From the human T2T-CHM13v2.0 reference genome, Homo sapiens: a DNA stretch of 64,000 nt. The notes beneath the pieces are model-generated. The model had not been told where the DNA came from. It saw only the letters and a list, made by a program, of their open reading frames with translations, and searched no databases. The DNA is taken from the NCBI RefSeq assembly GCF_009914755.1, contig NC_060926.1, one strand, 5' to 3'. Below are positions 1 to 14,885 of the stretch, piece by piece. The translations under genes were made by a program, and so were the position numbers. How positions within the stretch are numbered: the stretch's first letter is position 1; each line of letters begins with the position of its first letter.

Positions 1-79
1 GAAGGAAGAACCCATGGAGAGGTATCTTCCTGTCCTGGGAGTCTTTGAGTTTGAATTCATGCAGAAGGAAATTGTCTGG

Positions 80-375
80 TTATTATTATTGTTGTTATTA
101 TTTTGAGATGGGTCCTGACGGGAGTGCTGTGGCGCAATCTTGGTTTACTGCAGCCTCCACCTCCTGGCCTCAAGCGGTCCTCCCACTTAAGCTTCCCAAG
201 TATCTGGAACCACAGGTGCGTACCACCATGGCCCACAAGTTTTTTTTTATTTTTTGGTAGAGAAGGGGTTTCACCATATTGCCCAGGCTGGGCTTGAACT
301 CTTGAGCTCAAGTAGCCGGCCAGCCTTGGCCTCCCAAAGTGCTGGGATTACAGGCGTGAGCCACTGCACCCAACC
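80..375 (-). mobile_element. Alu (AluJ-like), antisense, with (TTA/TTG)n tail
   Basis: Reverse Alu motifs CTCCCAAAGTGCTGGGATTACAGGCGTGAGCCAC and a two-arm structure. Confidence 0.95.
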
Positions 376-1151
376 TCGTGGTTATTAAGAATTAAAAGTT
401 TCTTAATTAAGCAAGCCAAAATAGAGCTGCCCTCTTCAAAAAGCATGGTTATGAATACTTTCTTATAAGCATTACACCGTAGTTAATCATTGTGCATGTC
501 CCATTTCATGAAGTGATAATTGTCTTAAAGTAAACCTTAATGACTAGTAAGATATCACTGAAGATACAGATGTAAAATATTTCATTTGGCTTTTAAAAGT
601 TACTCATTTAAGTTTCTTGCCTAGTAACTGCTGAGGGAGATGAATTGACATTGTGCTTTATTTCACAAACACATTTTTGCTGACTGAATTGTCATATTCC
701 TTTCAGAATTTACATTTAAAAAATGGCCAGTGATGGTCACCTAATTTGATTCACTCTGGGGGACTGTTTATTTGGTGTGAATAAAGCCACGGGTTAGCCT
801 GTGTCTTTGACACACCAGCCATGATCCTGCGGGACTGTGTAGCTGGGAAATTCCCACATGGGGGTTGTCAAATTGTATAAGCTTCATTATTTTCGTTTTC
901 TAGGGATTTATCAAGCCACAAAAGACCAAGCCATTGTTTTGCTGGAAAAGCAGGCAGAAACCATATTCCTTTTTTTTTTTAAAGGGCCTTCGCCGGTCAG
1001 TGGAATTTAAATTCCCAAGGGCTATAGCCAAGTGCCATAACTTGCTTCCTTAAGTTATGGATGAGCAAGTCTACAGCAATCGTTGTTTTTCTCAGTTCTT
1101 AACATGAGCATAAGGGGATAAAGATCTCTAATACAGAAGCCTTTGAAGGAT

Positions 1152-1472
1152 AGCCAGGTGTGATGCATCATGCCTATAATGCCAGCACTTTGGGAGGCCA
1201 AGGCAGGAGCCCAGGAGTTCAAGACTAACCTGGGCAGCATAGTGAAACCTTGTCTCTACAAAAAATTTAAAACTTAGCTGGGCATGGTGGCACATTCTCG
1301 CAGTCCCAGATACTCGCAGTGGTCGGGGAGGGACAGGTAGAGCTGGGGGGCAAGGGGAAAGAGAAAGATCACTTGAACTGGGGAGGTTGAGGCTACACTG
1401 AGCTGTGATTGTGCCACTGCACTCTAGCCAGGTTGACAGAGCAAGCCTGTCTCAAAACAAACAAACAAAAAA
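1152..1472 (+). mobile_element. AluJ-like element with an internal G-rich insertion
   Basis: Alu left and right arms, (CAAA)n tail, degenerate TSD AAGCCTTTGAAGGATA / AAACCTTTGACGAATA. Confidence 0.9.
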
Positions 1473-1599
1473 CCTTTGACGAATAAAGCCAAAACAGTAG
1501 ATGAATACAGCATTTCAAAGACCCAGGTGAAGTAAGAAAATGGAAATACAGTAAAAGTAATATTCATTGCCATTTCCCCCCCAAGCATGTTGGTTTTAA

Positions 1600-2740
1600 A
1601 TTTTTTTAATTTTAATTTTTAGTTTTTGTGGGTATACAACAGGTGTAAATATGTGTGGGTTACATGAGATATTTTGATACAGGAATGCAGTGCATAATAA
1701 TCACGTTGGGTAAATGTGTCCACCGCCTCAAGCATTTATCCTTTGTGTTACAAACAATCCAATTATACTCTTCTAGTTATTTTTAAATGTACAATTATTT
1801 TTTACTATAGTCACACTGTTATGTTAACAAATACTAGATCTTATTCATTCTTTCTATTTTTTTGTACCCATTAACCATCCCCACTTCCCCCCACCTACCC
1901 CACTACCCGTTGCAGCCTCTGGTAACCATCCTTATACTATCTATGAGTTTAATTATTTTAATTTTTACCTCCCACAAATAAGTGAGAACATGCAAAGTTT
2001 GTGTTTCTGTTCCTGGCTTATTTCATTTAACATAATGACCTCCAGTTCCAACCATGTTGTTGCAAATAACAGGATCTCATTCTTTCTTTTGGCTGAATAG
2101 TACTCCACTGTGATTAACTACCACATTTTCTTTATTCATCTGTTGATGGACACTTAGGTTGCTTCCAAATCTTGGCTATTGTGAACACTGCTGCAATAAA
2201 GTTGGGAGTACAGATAACTCTTTGATATACTAATTTCCTTCCTTTGGGGTATATACCTAGCAGTGGGATTCCTGGATCATATAGTAGCTCTATTTAAGTT
2301 TTTTTGAGGAACCTCCAAATGTTGTCCACAGTGGTTGTACTCATTTATGTTCCCACCAACAGCGTACCCGTTCCCTTTTCTCCACATCCTCACCAGCATT
2401 TGTTATTGCCTGACTTTTGGATAAAAGCCATTTTAACTGGTGTAAGATTATGATATCTCACTGTAGTTTTGATTTTCATTTCTCTGATGATCAATGATGT
2501 TGAAAATTTTTTCATATACCTGTTTGCAATTTGTATATCTTCTTTTGAGAAATGTCTATTCAAATATTTTGTCCATTTTTGATAGGATTATTAGACTTTT
2601 TCCTATAGAGTTGTCTGAGTTCTTTATATATTCTGGTTATTAATCCCTTGTCAGATGAGTAGTATGCAAATCTTTTCTCTCATTCTGTGGGTTGTTTCTT
2701 CACTTTGTTAATGTTTCCTTTGCTGTGCAGAAGCTTTTTA
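1600..2740 (-). mobile_element. L1MA-type LINE-1 3' end
   Basis: T-rich tail, then typical reverse L1 3'UTR/ORF2-end motifs (ATGGACACTTAGGTTGCTTCCAAATCTTGGCTATTGTGAA; TTTGCTGTGCAGAAGCTTTTTA). Confidence 0.9.
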
Positions 2741-5273
2741 CAGGTTGTGTTTTATTTCCCCTTTTGATTTATAACCTAGGGCCAGCATTAGAGAATAATA
2801 ACAGTAATTAGTACTTTAGAGTTTATAAACTGTATTCATATACATTAGCTTATTTGAGTTCCAAAATAGCTGTTATTATTCAACTCATTTTTTTTCAGGA
2901 TCTGGTCTTTATTATTAAAAGTTATAATTTTAAAAATTTCTCAACATCATTAATACATGGTCAAAAGAAAAATTCAGAAAATCCACAAAAGTTAAAACAG
3001 AAATAAATATCCCTGTACCCAAATATCTATTGACCTTTGTCCTACCTTTTATATATTTAGTGCTCTACATTTTTATTACATGTATATTTACTAAAAACAA
3101 ATACTTTGTCTTTTTTATAACCCATTTCTTACTCAGAATTTTTTCATATCCTTAATTATTATTTTAAATTATTTTAAAGCCATGTTAATTTTAATTTATT
3201 TTGTTTTACTTTTAACTACTCTTACTATCATTCCCAAATATTAAAGTAATTTTAATACAGAGAACCCTGAGTCTTAGAGAGGCCAAATGACTCACTCAAG
3301 GCAGCTCAGCTAGTGAGATACAGCCTGGACTCCAAGCCCCAAAAACTTGGACTCTATAGCCTATGCTTTGTATTTTATCAGCATAATCTAAAACAAATAG
3401 TGTCTTTTTTAAATTTGACCTCCCACAACAATTTAAACTGGTTTATTGATCCCCAAATAATGGAAAATTGACTAAACTTTAACATCAATATCACACCTAT
3501 AGTCAGTTCAGGAATCCAGAAATCTCTTGGATAGTTCTGCTATTTTTATAACTCACATAAATACCATAAGCTTGACAATACCATAGCCTCTCCAGAAAGC
3601 CAAGAGGACATTAACCTAAAATCCGGTCGATTAGTTTTTCCTTATCCCCTGCAAATATGACATCACTGGTATGTGTACCTGATTAATTTTAGCACTTTTT
3701 TGTTCCTGTAATAGTCAGTTTAGCATTTATATTTTCTTTTAGATTATTTTTGTTTGCCACCTATCTTTTATCTCTCCCTACCCCCATAATTGGCTCTCCT
3801 AATATTCCAGTTTCTTGTTCTAAGGTCCTAGTAGGCATCTAGTACCTGAAGCAAGGATCTTAGAAAATTTCATGCCTCTTTACTATTGGGGAAAAAATAG
3901 TTGCAAATTTCTCAACGGTAATAAAAGACTTAAGACAGACTCTTAGTATAAAGTCTAAAAGTTGGCAAAAAACATTTTTAAAAAAATAAAATGGCATTGG
4001 CTATTAGTCTAGACAAAGATTTGGATCATTTAATTAAGTAACCACTTGACTTCAAGGTTAAATCCCAAACCATCACCAACAAGGTGTGTTGTGCCAAGTG
4101 TTTAGAGGCCTGGAGGAAAACCACAGCTAAGCTGAGTCTTGGGCTATATTTTGGGCTTGGCAGACCTAAGGTGAAAGGGCAAGACATGCTTCATCTGAGC
4201 GTTTATCTAGAGCGTACTTAGCATGTTAATCCCCAACTCTTCCATTCAAATTCAGGTAAAGAAACTTAAGGAAACTTTTCTCCCAAATGTGAGGGATTTG
4301 TCCTTCCCTTATAATTGTTTATCAATCCAGGAAGAAGAACCTAAAAGGAAAACATTATCCAACCTCATGTCTTCTACATGAACGCTTTCACTGAGTTAAG
4401 GGGAGATCACCATATAGGAAAGGAAAGTTCTATTTTTAGCTGGAGAGCTACTCCTATACAAAGACTGGCTGGAACAACATGTCTCCCATTTGAATGCAGA
4501 GTTCCTCCCCTCTCATTTTCAGTGCCCCTTGGCTTCATCCTCATCCCTCACACTGTTCTACCCTCCCCTGTTCCTCAAGTTATTGAATCTAAAGATAAGT
4601 GAATTACCAGAGGCAAAGGAGAAAGTGAGTAGGAGTCCTACAGGTAATGAGTTTTAATTTTCTTTTTAATCATTACTCACTGTCAGCTTATGACTTAAAA
4701 CTTATCTTGCCCTTTCTTGCAATGTTTGATAAATTGAACTTCTGATTCCCATCAGCAGATTGAAGGGGGGAGGGGGGAAAAGGGAAGGTGGGCACTTAAA
4801 AATTATTGTTGCATTGCAGTGTTTGCTCATTTCAAAATCAGTTTTGCATAAAACAGGAGGGAGGAGAATAAAGCCTTGGAATCTAATGAGATCACTGGAC
4901 TCTAATAGTCAGAAATATGGTTCTTCTAGGAGTGAAGAGAACTCCCTTTAAGAGAGCTACTCAAGCAGTAGTGCTGTCTAGAGGGAATATGAGGCTATTT
5001 AGTGACAAAGGACAGTAGCTATACAGAAAACAAGACAGCAATCTGAGAGTCAAGATTCGTGGGATATAAGTCCTATCTCTACTACCAACTCGTTAGAACC
5101 TAACTTTGGAGGAGTCATTGAGCATCATCTGCAAAGTGAAGAAAATAACATGTTGCCCTGCTTTCCTTCCAGCATGGTAGCTTTCCTACCCTATCTTACT
5201 GGGAGGAAAGGAGAGTAATCTTACATGTATTCATTTTTTGAATATCAAACAAGATAGGAATGAAAATACTTTA

Positions 5274-5770
<497 letters not shown>

Positions 5771-7296
5771 TTAAACTGCTAAAGAGGCTTGCAATAGCAC
5801 AATTCCATACTATTGAGAGGCTTGATGATCTGAAGCCTGACAAATTTATTTGCAGAAAATCTGGCTTTGCCAGAAACATTGACAGGCCATTTATAGCCAA
5901 CCCTGTTTTGTTCAGGAGGCTAAAACTATTATGGGTATAAAATACTGAAAAATGTTTTCCCCCCTGTTTTTTAGTTTTGCACCTGGAAGGAAATAATGTA
6001 GCTTCTGCATGAATACTAGTGGGATATCATGGGAGACTGTATCATATCATAAGGGGGAATTAGAAGTCCAGAAGTTAGGGAACTTGGGCCAGGGTAAGGA
6101 AGGAGTGAAGCACCTGAGTGTATTTATCCCAGAGAAAAAGTGTGATGGAAAGAACACAAATGCTGTCATAAAATATTGGAAAGAGCCATTACAGAGGAAA
6201 TGATTAGATAGATACTCTGTTCTGGAAGGCACATCACTGGGCACAAAATGAAGTTATTGGATTGAATGATCTCTAAGTTCCCCTAAGTAAACTTCTGGTG
6301 CTCTAAAGTTAGAGGAGAGAGGCTGTGGCTCAGCACAAGGGAATACTTTCTGTAAAAATGAGTTTGCCTTCAATGGACAGAGACCTCAATCCCTGGAGAC
6401 ATTTTGACATTCAGAAGGAGGCTGGATAGCCATTTAGGAAGGATGTGGAGGACATGCCTACATTGTCAGGGAAATCAAACTCTATGACAGCAGAGGACTT
6501 TCCAATTTAAGATATCAAATAAAAGATATTTAATTGTTTACTAGGGTGTGTTATAAAAAGTGATAAATAAGGGATCTTATAAATCGGGGGTCTGTCTGTG
6601 TGTCCTTCATTGTCAGTGGGAATAGATACGATTTAAGTGGTGATCGTTGTCATTGTCTTCTTTTCTCTTGCTTGGAAAGTGCTAGGAAGGAGCTTTTCTA
6701 GTACCTTTGGATTAATAGTCATATTTTCCAATTTATTGTCCTTTTTGTTCTTTATAACCATCTGTGAACAGTTTTTATAGCAGCTACACAACCAAAGTTG
6801 CATACTAGCTTGCACCAAGAAAATCCTATACTCAGCCTGGAATGAGGATATCATTGGGTTCTATTTTGCAGATAGCATGTGATAAACTGATTGACAAAGT
6901 CTAGAAATAAACCAGGATCATGTTGACATTTAAGAACCTGACAGACAGATGGTACCAGCACAATATTGAGCTCTTAACGAGGTCATAAGCCTATAACAAG
7001 TTCTGATGATTTCTGACCTTCTGAGAAGCTATACTGCCTGACTCTAGGACAAAACATTGCTGGATTTTGGAGAATATTTTCATTATCAACCAACTGTAAA
7101 TTCTCCAAGTCAAAGAATAAGATTAGTAACAGTAAGCCCACTGCACCCTCCACTCACTGACATTGAAGTGAAGTTCATCCCAACACAGTTATGAAATGGC
7201 TAAACATGTAAATTTAATACACACAAATTAAAATAACTATTATACGTTAAGCAAGAGGTAGAAGACAGAAAGAAAGGCCAGAAGAAAAAAATGGCT

Positions 7297-8085
<789 letters not shown>

Positions 8086-9127
8086 AGCTCAAGAAATGTG
8101 GTGACACCATGGATGGCTGTGGAACTGCTAGAGCCCACAGACCCAGGCAGCTGCAGGACCAGAGTTTGCTGTTTTATGAACCGAAGCTTCAGGCTCACCC
8201 ACCATGGATGAGGATGCAGCAGCTCTAAGAATATCAAGCAATTCTGGGGTCTGGATAGTCTTTAGTCCAAGAAGAGGTGTCAGGCACACTTGGCAAAAGA
8301 AGATCCCATGTTCTCAGAGTGGCCTGATCAAGTGTAAGTGCACACACGTTGGAGTTTATTATATTATAGTATTGTCATCTTAGGAAACAAAGGACAACTC
8401 TGTGAGAGTATATGGGTGTGCACAGATGTTCATATGCAAGTGCCAGTGACCTTGGTGCTGTATCATTGAGAAAGAAGCCCTTAGAACAGCAAATATAACG
8501 CCAAGCAATGGTCCTGGAAATACATCCTTCACATAGCAATGGGGAGAAAAGAGATGCGACAATAAGTATCAAAGAGAGGTAGACTCCTTTCTGAGTGGAG
8601 GGATGGGGGTAGAGTGGGGGAGGTAAAATTACTCCTTGGGAAAGAAGGAGAGATACTAGAACACTGCTTCTGCTCCATTTTGGAGATGAGTGAATAGGTC
8701 TGGGCAAAGTAAAGCTTTTCAGCAAGTTGAAAAGTCGGTTCTTCAAGGAAGGGAAAAAGCCAAAGTGGGAAAAACAAGGGTAAAATTAGGTTTCTTTAAA
8801 GGCCTGAAATGAGCCATTGAGTTTTAGGAGCCATGGATTTGATTTTAAGCACATGAAGCGGGCACTGGCGTGTGTGTTCCTTGGGGCAACCCCTTTTGCC
8901 CATTATTACCAGCATTTGTCAAAATAAGGTGTGGATGTGCTTTAAAACAAGCATTTGTATTTTTTCATGCTAAAAAATATTAAAGCCCATCAATGGCTTA
9001 GAAGGAAAATTATGTTCCTATCTTCCAGCTCCTTTTCTATGAAGTCCACCAGAAAAAGAAGGAAGAAAGGAAGGGAAGGAGGGAGACAGGGAGGGAGGGA
9101 GAGAGGAAAAGAAAGAGAGAACGTTTA

Positions 9128-9977
9128 TGTATTAGTTTGCAAGGGCAGCCATAACAAAGTACCAAAAACTGGGTGACTTACACAGTGAAATTTGTTGTCT
9201 CACAGCTCTGGAGGTTAGAAGTCTGAGATGGACTCACTTATATGTGGAATCCAACACAGTTGAACTCACAGAAGCAGAGAGCAGAACAGTGGTTACCAGA
9301 GGCTGGGGGTGCTAGGGGGAATGGGGAGATGAGAGTCAAAGGGTAAAGAACTGTTAGATAGAAGGAATAAGTTTGATTTTTTACAAGGTATATTGGACAG
9401 TCTCCCAAATATAGCTAATAATTGAGTACAGTACATTATAATATCACTAAGAGAATAAATTTCAAATGTTCTGTCATCACAAAAAAGATAAATATTTGAG
9501 GTAATGGATATATTAAGTAGCTTGATTTAATCATTCCACATTGTATTTATAAATTGTAACATCACTTTGTACCCCATAAATATATACAACTATAATTTGT
9601 CAATATATAATAAAAATAGAAAAAAAGAAGTCTGAGATGGAGGTGTCAGCATTGTTGGTTCCTTCTGAGGGTTATGAGGGAGAGTCTGTTTCATGCCCCT
9701 CCCCCAGCTTCTGTTGGTTTGATGGCTGATAGAAACAACACCCAAGTCTGTGCCTTCATCTTCACATGGTGTTCTCTCTCTGTGGTTGTCTGTGTCCCAG
9801 TGTCCCCTTTTGATAAGGACGTCAGTCATATTGGACTAGGGTCCACCTGCCGACCTCATCTTAACAAATTACATCTGCAACAACCCTATTTTCAAATAAA
9901 GTCATACTCTGAGGTACTAGGGATTAGGACTTTGATATATGAATTTGATGGGTGGAGCACAATTCAACCCACATCAG
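9128..9977 (-). mobile_element. MLT1 (MaLR) solo LTR interrupted by an L1
   Basis: TGTATTAGTTTGCAAGGGCAGCCATAACAAAGTACC at the left end and CACAATTCAACCCA at the right end match reverse MLT1B/C termini. Confidence 0.85.
9233..9625 (+). mobile_element. 5'-truncated L1MA 3' end with intact 16-bp TSD
   Basis: L1 3'UTR motifs, AATAAA and an A-rich tail; TSD AGAAGTCTGAGATGGA at 9217-9232 and 9626-9641. Confidence 0.9.
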
Positions 9978-11159
9978 TCCATAATATCTGTTCATAGTCC
10001 AGAGCTTATAAGCGGCAGCACCTTTTGCTCCAGTGTTAGAATGCTAGAGCTAAATATATGCTTATTACAGTGATTGGGGGTTGGGGAGGAGGGGGTAGGT
10101 TTCAGAATTCCCTTCTTCTCATCACTGAGATCATCATCCTGATTACTAATGGATATAAAACCAGAATCTTCAGCTTGAATGATTTATATAATCTTTTAGA
10201 GCAACAAATTGAAGAAAAATCAAAATTCTTTTTGTATAAAAGGGACTGATTCTTTAACTTTCCAATGGGAGAGAAAACCATTTGTCACTTTACTTTCAAT
10301 AAGGACAAAAAAAATAGTATTCTCTCCATTTCTCTTTTCTGAGGGAGATGTATGGGAAGGGAGTGGGTTAATTCCTAGTTTGACTTTTGAGAGCAACTTC
10401 TCCTGTTGCTCATACAAACCAAGTGATGACATGCCATTGGAAATGCCCACTTGCCCAGTGTGAGTGAGGCTTTGTGCTGAACAAAAGGAAGACAGCTCTA
10501 CATTAAACCACAGGTCCTTTGTGGGGCAGACAAGAATAACATGCATGATTGCAACCCATAAATAATATACTGCATATCATCTGCATTTTGTCTACTCTTT
10601 AGGACAGAAGCAGCTATTGCTCGACAAGTTAGTGTTAATGCTTTACTCCTAATTCCAGGGCCAAGTCTTGCAGAGAGTGGTGTTTCCCTGCACTTCTTCC
10701 TCTCCCTATATTTTCAGTCCAGCCAAGCATAAATAAGTGGGCAATTTCTATCCTGATCGCTGAAGCTCTAAAGATAGGGCACTGAACCCACTAAATGATG
10801 AATACATGCCATATGGAGCTAACGGCAAGTTCCAATGCAAATTATCACCGTATTGCTCTCTGCAATGCAGATAAAAAGTCCCTTGTGTCATCTCTTTGTA
10901 CTGAGCTGTGTGTATCTGGAAACAGCTAAAACCACTGAGAAAAGTGGAACATTTTATTTCATCTGAAAAGGACTGGGTATCGCTTGCATTAATGGTAAGC
11001 GAATGTTTTAAAAACATTATTTAATATTGCACACCATTTATTTCATTTGGAATCTCTTATTTTAAACACATGTTTGAATCCTTTCGGCCAGCTGTATTAA
11101 CAGTGCAGTGCAGTGTACAAAAGTTGTCAAAAGACCCTGGTTTGGGTTCCTTTAAAGAC

Positions 11160-11375
11160 ATAAATATTTGTCAAGCACTTACTATGTACCAACAAGTGTT
11201 CTAGGTACTTTACATAAGTTACATCATTTACTCCTCATAACAACTCTAAAGACAAGCCCTATTATCCCCACTTTATATATAAAGAAACCATTCAACTGGT
11301 AACTAAAAGAGCTGTATTCAAATCCACACTGCCAACCCAAAGTCTACGCTCTTTCCACCACTTAATGCTACCTCC
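11160..11375 (-). mobile_element. MIR SINE
   Basis: AAGCACTTACTATGTACC...CTCCTCATAACAACTCT...ATTATCCCCACTTTA core. Confidence 0.7.
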
Positions 11376-12624
11376 TGTCTTCAGCTGTTTTGACTTGAAG
11401 CAGACATAAATCCTCTCCAGGTCTCTTTTTCTTTATTCTTAAACAGGAGGATTGAATTAAATATTCTCTAAGATCCCTGCCAGTTCTAAACACTGTCTTT
11501 CTATGATCATTTCCCCTTTAATTTATAAGATGAAAGTAAACTTTTTATTTAAATACTGTCTTTCTTCTTCAAACCCAAAGGCATTTTTCCTATTGATGGA
11601 AGGAGGTAGAAAACCTTCGTTTTGAATATTGGAAATAATAAAGTTCAGAAACTGTTTTGCCTTGAGCTCATCTCCCTTGTTCACCTATGTGAAGTCTTCT
11701 AGTAGTACAAAAGAGATGTAGGAAAATCCCAGTTGTACTAGCAGAAGTCTGAAGTTCCCAGATAATCTATAGGTGGGTCGTAATAGATGGGTTTCCCATC
11801 TGTGTAGAAGTATAAACTGTTTAGGAATTCCAAGTAGCCACTTATTATTTGCCTAATTTTCTAGGTATTTCTATCTAGGTTCAATACAAATGCATTGTGA
11901 TTTGACATATCAATTTCTCAGTGAACTCTCCCAATTTTTTTTGTGGATTGATGTGCCAATCTAAGTACAAGAGTCCAGCTATGTTCTATGAAATGGTTTG
12001 TAAGGGTTCCAATACAAAGAAAAAAGATATTCCTTTAAAGATACTGCTAAAGACTCCAGAATCTGCACAGACCCGCTATGAAAAGATCAAGGAGACAAGA
12101 GTTAGTGTGTCCTTATAAAGTATGAGGTTGAATAGATTGAAAGAAAGATAGTAAGAGTGAGTCAGTCCCAAAGTAGTTACTGTCAAAGTTTTCAAGTGAA
12201 ATGAGCTGATAGGTGGCTTCTTTACCATACTGGATAAGTACATTAACTATCAGATGTGCCTACTTTTGAAAGAAGAGAGGGACTTTCATAGACAAGTAGA
12301 CTCTGGAAATTATTCCTCAGCTTTCTTTCTCACTGGAACTTAACTTTCACAAAAGCAGCAAAGTGATATATCCAGTAGTATATTTTTAAAAATGAATTAT
12401 CTCTCTTGGGCTCTGATTTTTGGTTTGAGAGAGAATTACTGAATAAAGTAATTTAATATTGGATGTAAAAATTGGATATTTCCAATAGCATGAGAGAGTA
12501 ATGCCATCTCCTTCCTTACAGTTTGTAAATTTAATCAGCAATGTTATATACTCTACGCTCCCCTCAGAAGCAACAGAAAGGGAGGGAATCAGTATTTACT
12601 GAGTATCTTCTATGTGTTGGACAT

Positions 12625-13030
12625 TTATTTTATTTTATTAAAAATTTTTTTCATTGACACATAATTATACATCTTTATGGGGTACATAGTGATGTTTTGT
12701 ATATGTATAACATATAGTGATCAGATCAGGGTAATTCACTATTATCTCAAACATTTATCATTGCTTTGTATTGGGAACATTCAATATCCTCCTTCTATTT
12801 AAAACTACATGTTATTATTAAATGCAGTCATCCTGCAGTGTTATAGAACACTAAAACTTATTCCTTCTATTTAGTTGTAATGTTGTATCCTTTAATAAAT
12901 CTCCCCCTATTCCCCTCTTTCTCTTATGCTTCCCAGCCTCTAGTATCTTCTGTTCTACTTTTCACTTCTATGAGATCAACTTTTTTTTTTTAGCTTCCAC
13001 AGATGAGAACAGGCAATGTTTAACTTTCAT
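12625..13030 (-). mobile_element. L1MA 3' end fragment
   Basis: T-rich tail, then ATGGGGTACATAGTGATG...TTCCCAGCCTCTAGTA...ATGAGAAC. Confidence 0.8.
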
Positions 13031-13653
13031 TCATCACTTTGCCTTTCCTCCTACCCAGGCTAATCACAGAAAAAGCATAAGAAACCAAACACTTCTGAAA
13101 TGGGCAAATCAAAATGAGATCATTTTTTTCATCTTCTTCACAAACTGGAAATTGTACATTAATCCCCCTTTTTGGTCGAGGAGTGATGCAGGACTACATG
13201 CAAGTTTTGGAATGACTCTTCTGGCTTTGCTTCATGAAGGGTCCTGGTATGCATACTGAGAAGGTCATTTTAATAAAACCCCAAGTAAGAATGTGTGCAT
13301 CCCATTACTCAGGAGTCCCAGAATTGCATGCATATGTTTGAATCATTTGAAGCCTGTTATTTTTTAATAGTCACTAAGCCAGCACAAATATTTTAAAAAT
13401 TAGAAAGAACTTTCAAAGCCTATAGTTATTTTTATCAAAGTGCCTTTAAATGCAATAACTCAAGTCAGTTGGTCTGATTGAAACACAGAAACTTCAGTGC
13501 CTCCTCAGTGAGCTGTGGAAACAAGAAATATCAGTATGTATAACCTAAATAGAGAAAAAATCAAATATGACAGAAATAAAAGGAGGCTGGTTCAGAATCT
13601 ATTATGATATATCTTCATGAAACAAAAATAGCTATTACTGAAATAATTTTTTA

Positions 13654-13978
13654 GGCTTGGTGTGGTGGCTCACGCCTGTAATTCCAGCACTTTGGGAGGC
13701 CGAAGTGGGCAGATCGCTTGAGGCCAGGAGTTCAAGACCTGCCTGGGCAACACAGTGAAACCCTGTCTCTACTAAAATTACAAAAATTAGCCGGGCATTG
13801 GTGGCACACACCTGTAATTCCAGCTACCCGGGAGGCTGAGGCAGGAGAATTGCTTGAACCCAGGAGGTGGAGGTTGCCGAGAGGTAACCGAGGTCTCGGA
13901 GATAACCGAGATTGTGCCACTGCACTCTAGCCTAGGCAACAGAGCAAGACTCTGTCTCAAAATAATAATAATAATAAT
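13654..13978 (+). mobile_element. AluS with a small internal templated insertion
   Basis: Two Alu arms, (AAT)n tail, extra sequence at 13877-13910. Confidence 0.93.
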
Positions 13979-14574
13979 TTTAAAAATTGTGTCTATTTTC
14001 ATTAACAAGAATCCAAATCTTATGGCTATATTATGATTACATTATTATCAAATTCTGACTTTTTCCTGATGAAACCATTTGATTGCATGTTTATTTGTTC
14101 TTGTGTTTAAAGTGACGTTTTAGTCCTTAATGGATGAATGATAAAGTATACACAGAAAGCATTAATAGTTACTACTAAAAAGCAGTAGTGTTTATAACTT
14201 TAGGAAGTGAAAAAGAGTTATCAGGCTTTGTTAGTCTTTCATATTTCTTCTTATGACAGAATCTGCATGAATGTTTTTAAAGTTTCTTGGTTCATAAGAG
14301 AACTGTGCTAAGTCCACTTTTTAATCACATTTGGTATTGTCTATAATAGTTGAAGTTTCAGGCAGACCTGCTGAAGAGTAGAAGGACTGGGCCATCTTTC
14401 AATAATCTGGGAGACTGTGAAAGCAGTCTAGTTAACAGTCACCTGCAGCATAGCACTTAGCAGACAAAGCCTCTGGGTGCCTCCTTGGGGGTAGCAGAAA
14501 AAGCCCAACTGGGGATGATGGAGTATATGTGTCTTTAAAAATAGGGGTTTTGAAGTGAAAAAAATAATTGTTGT

Positions 14575-14885
14575 GGCTGGGCACGGTGGCTCACGCTTGT
14601 AATCCCTGCACTTTGAGAGGCCGAGGGAGGTGGATCATGAGGTCAGGAGTTCAAGATGGACCTGGCCAAGATGGTGAAACCCTGTCTCTACTAAAAATAC
14701 AAAAATTAGCTGGGTGTGGTGGTGGGCACCTGGAATCCCAGCTACTTGGGAGGCTGAGACAGGGAGAATTGCTTGAACCCAGGAGGTGGAGGTTGCAGTG
14801 AGCCGAGATCATGCCACTGCACTCCAGCCTGGGCGACAGAGCAAGACTCCATCTCAAATAAATAAATTAATTAAATAAAAAAAAT
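14575..14885 (+). mobile_element. AluS (Sg/Sx-like)
   Basis: Canonical two-arm Alu with A-rich tail. Confidence 0.95.

Noticed and set aside
8375-8777. Overlapping 60-123 aa minus-strand ORFs in non-repeat DNA
   Set aside because: Mostly non-ATG starts, no recognisable homology, splice structure or retrogene hallmarks, and lengths compatible with chance.
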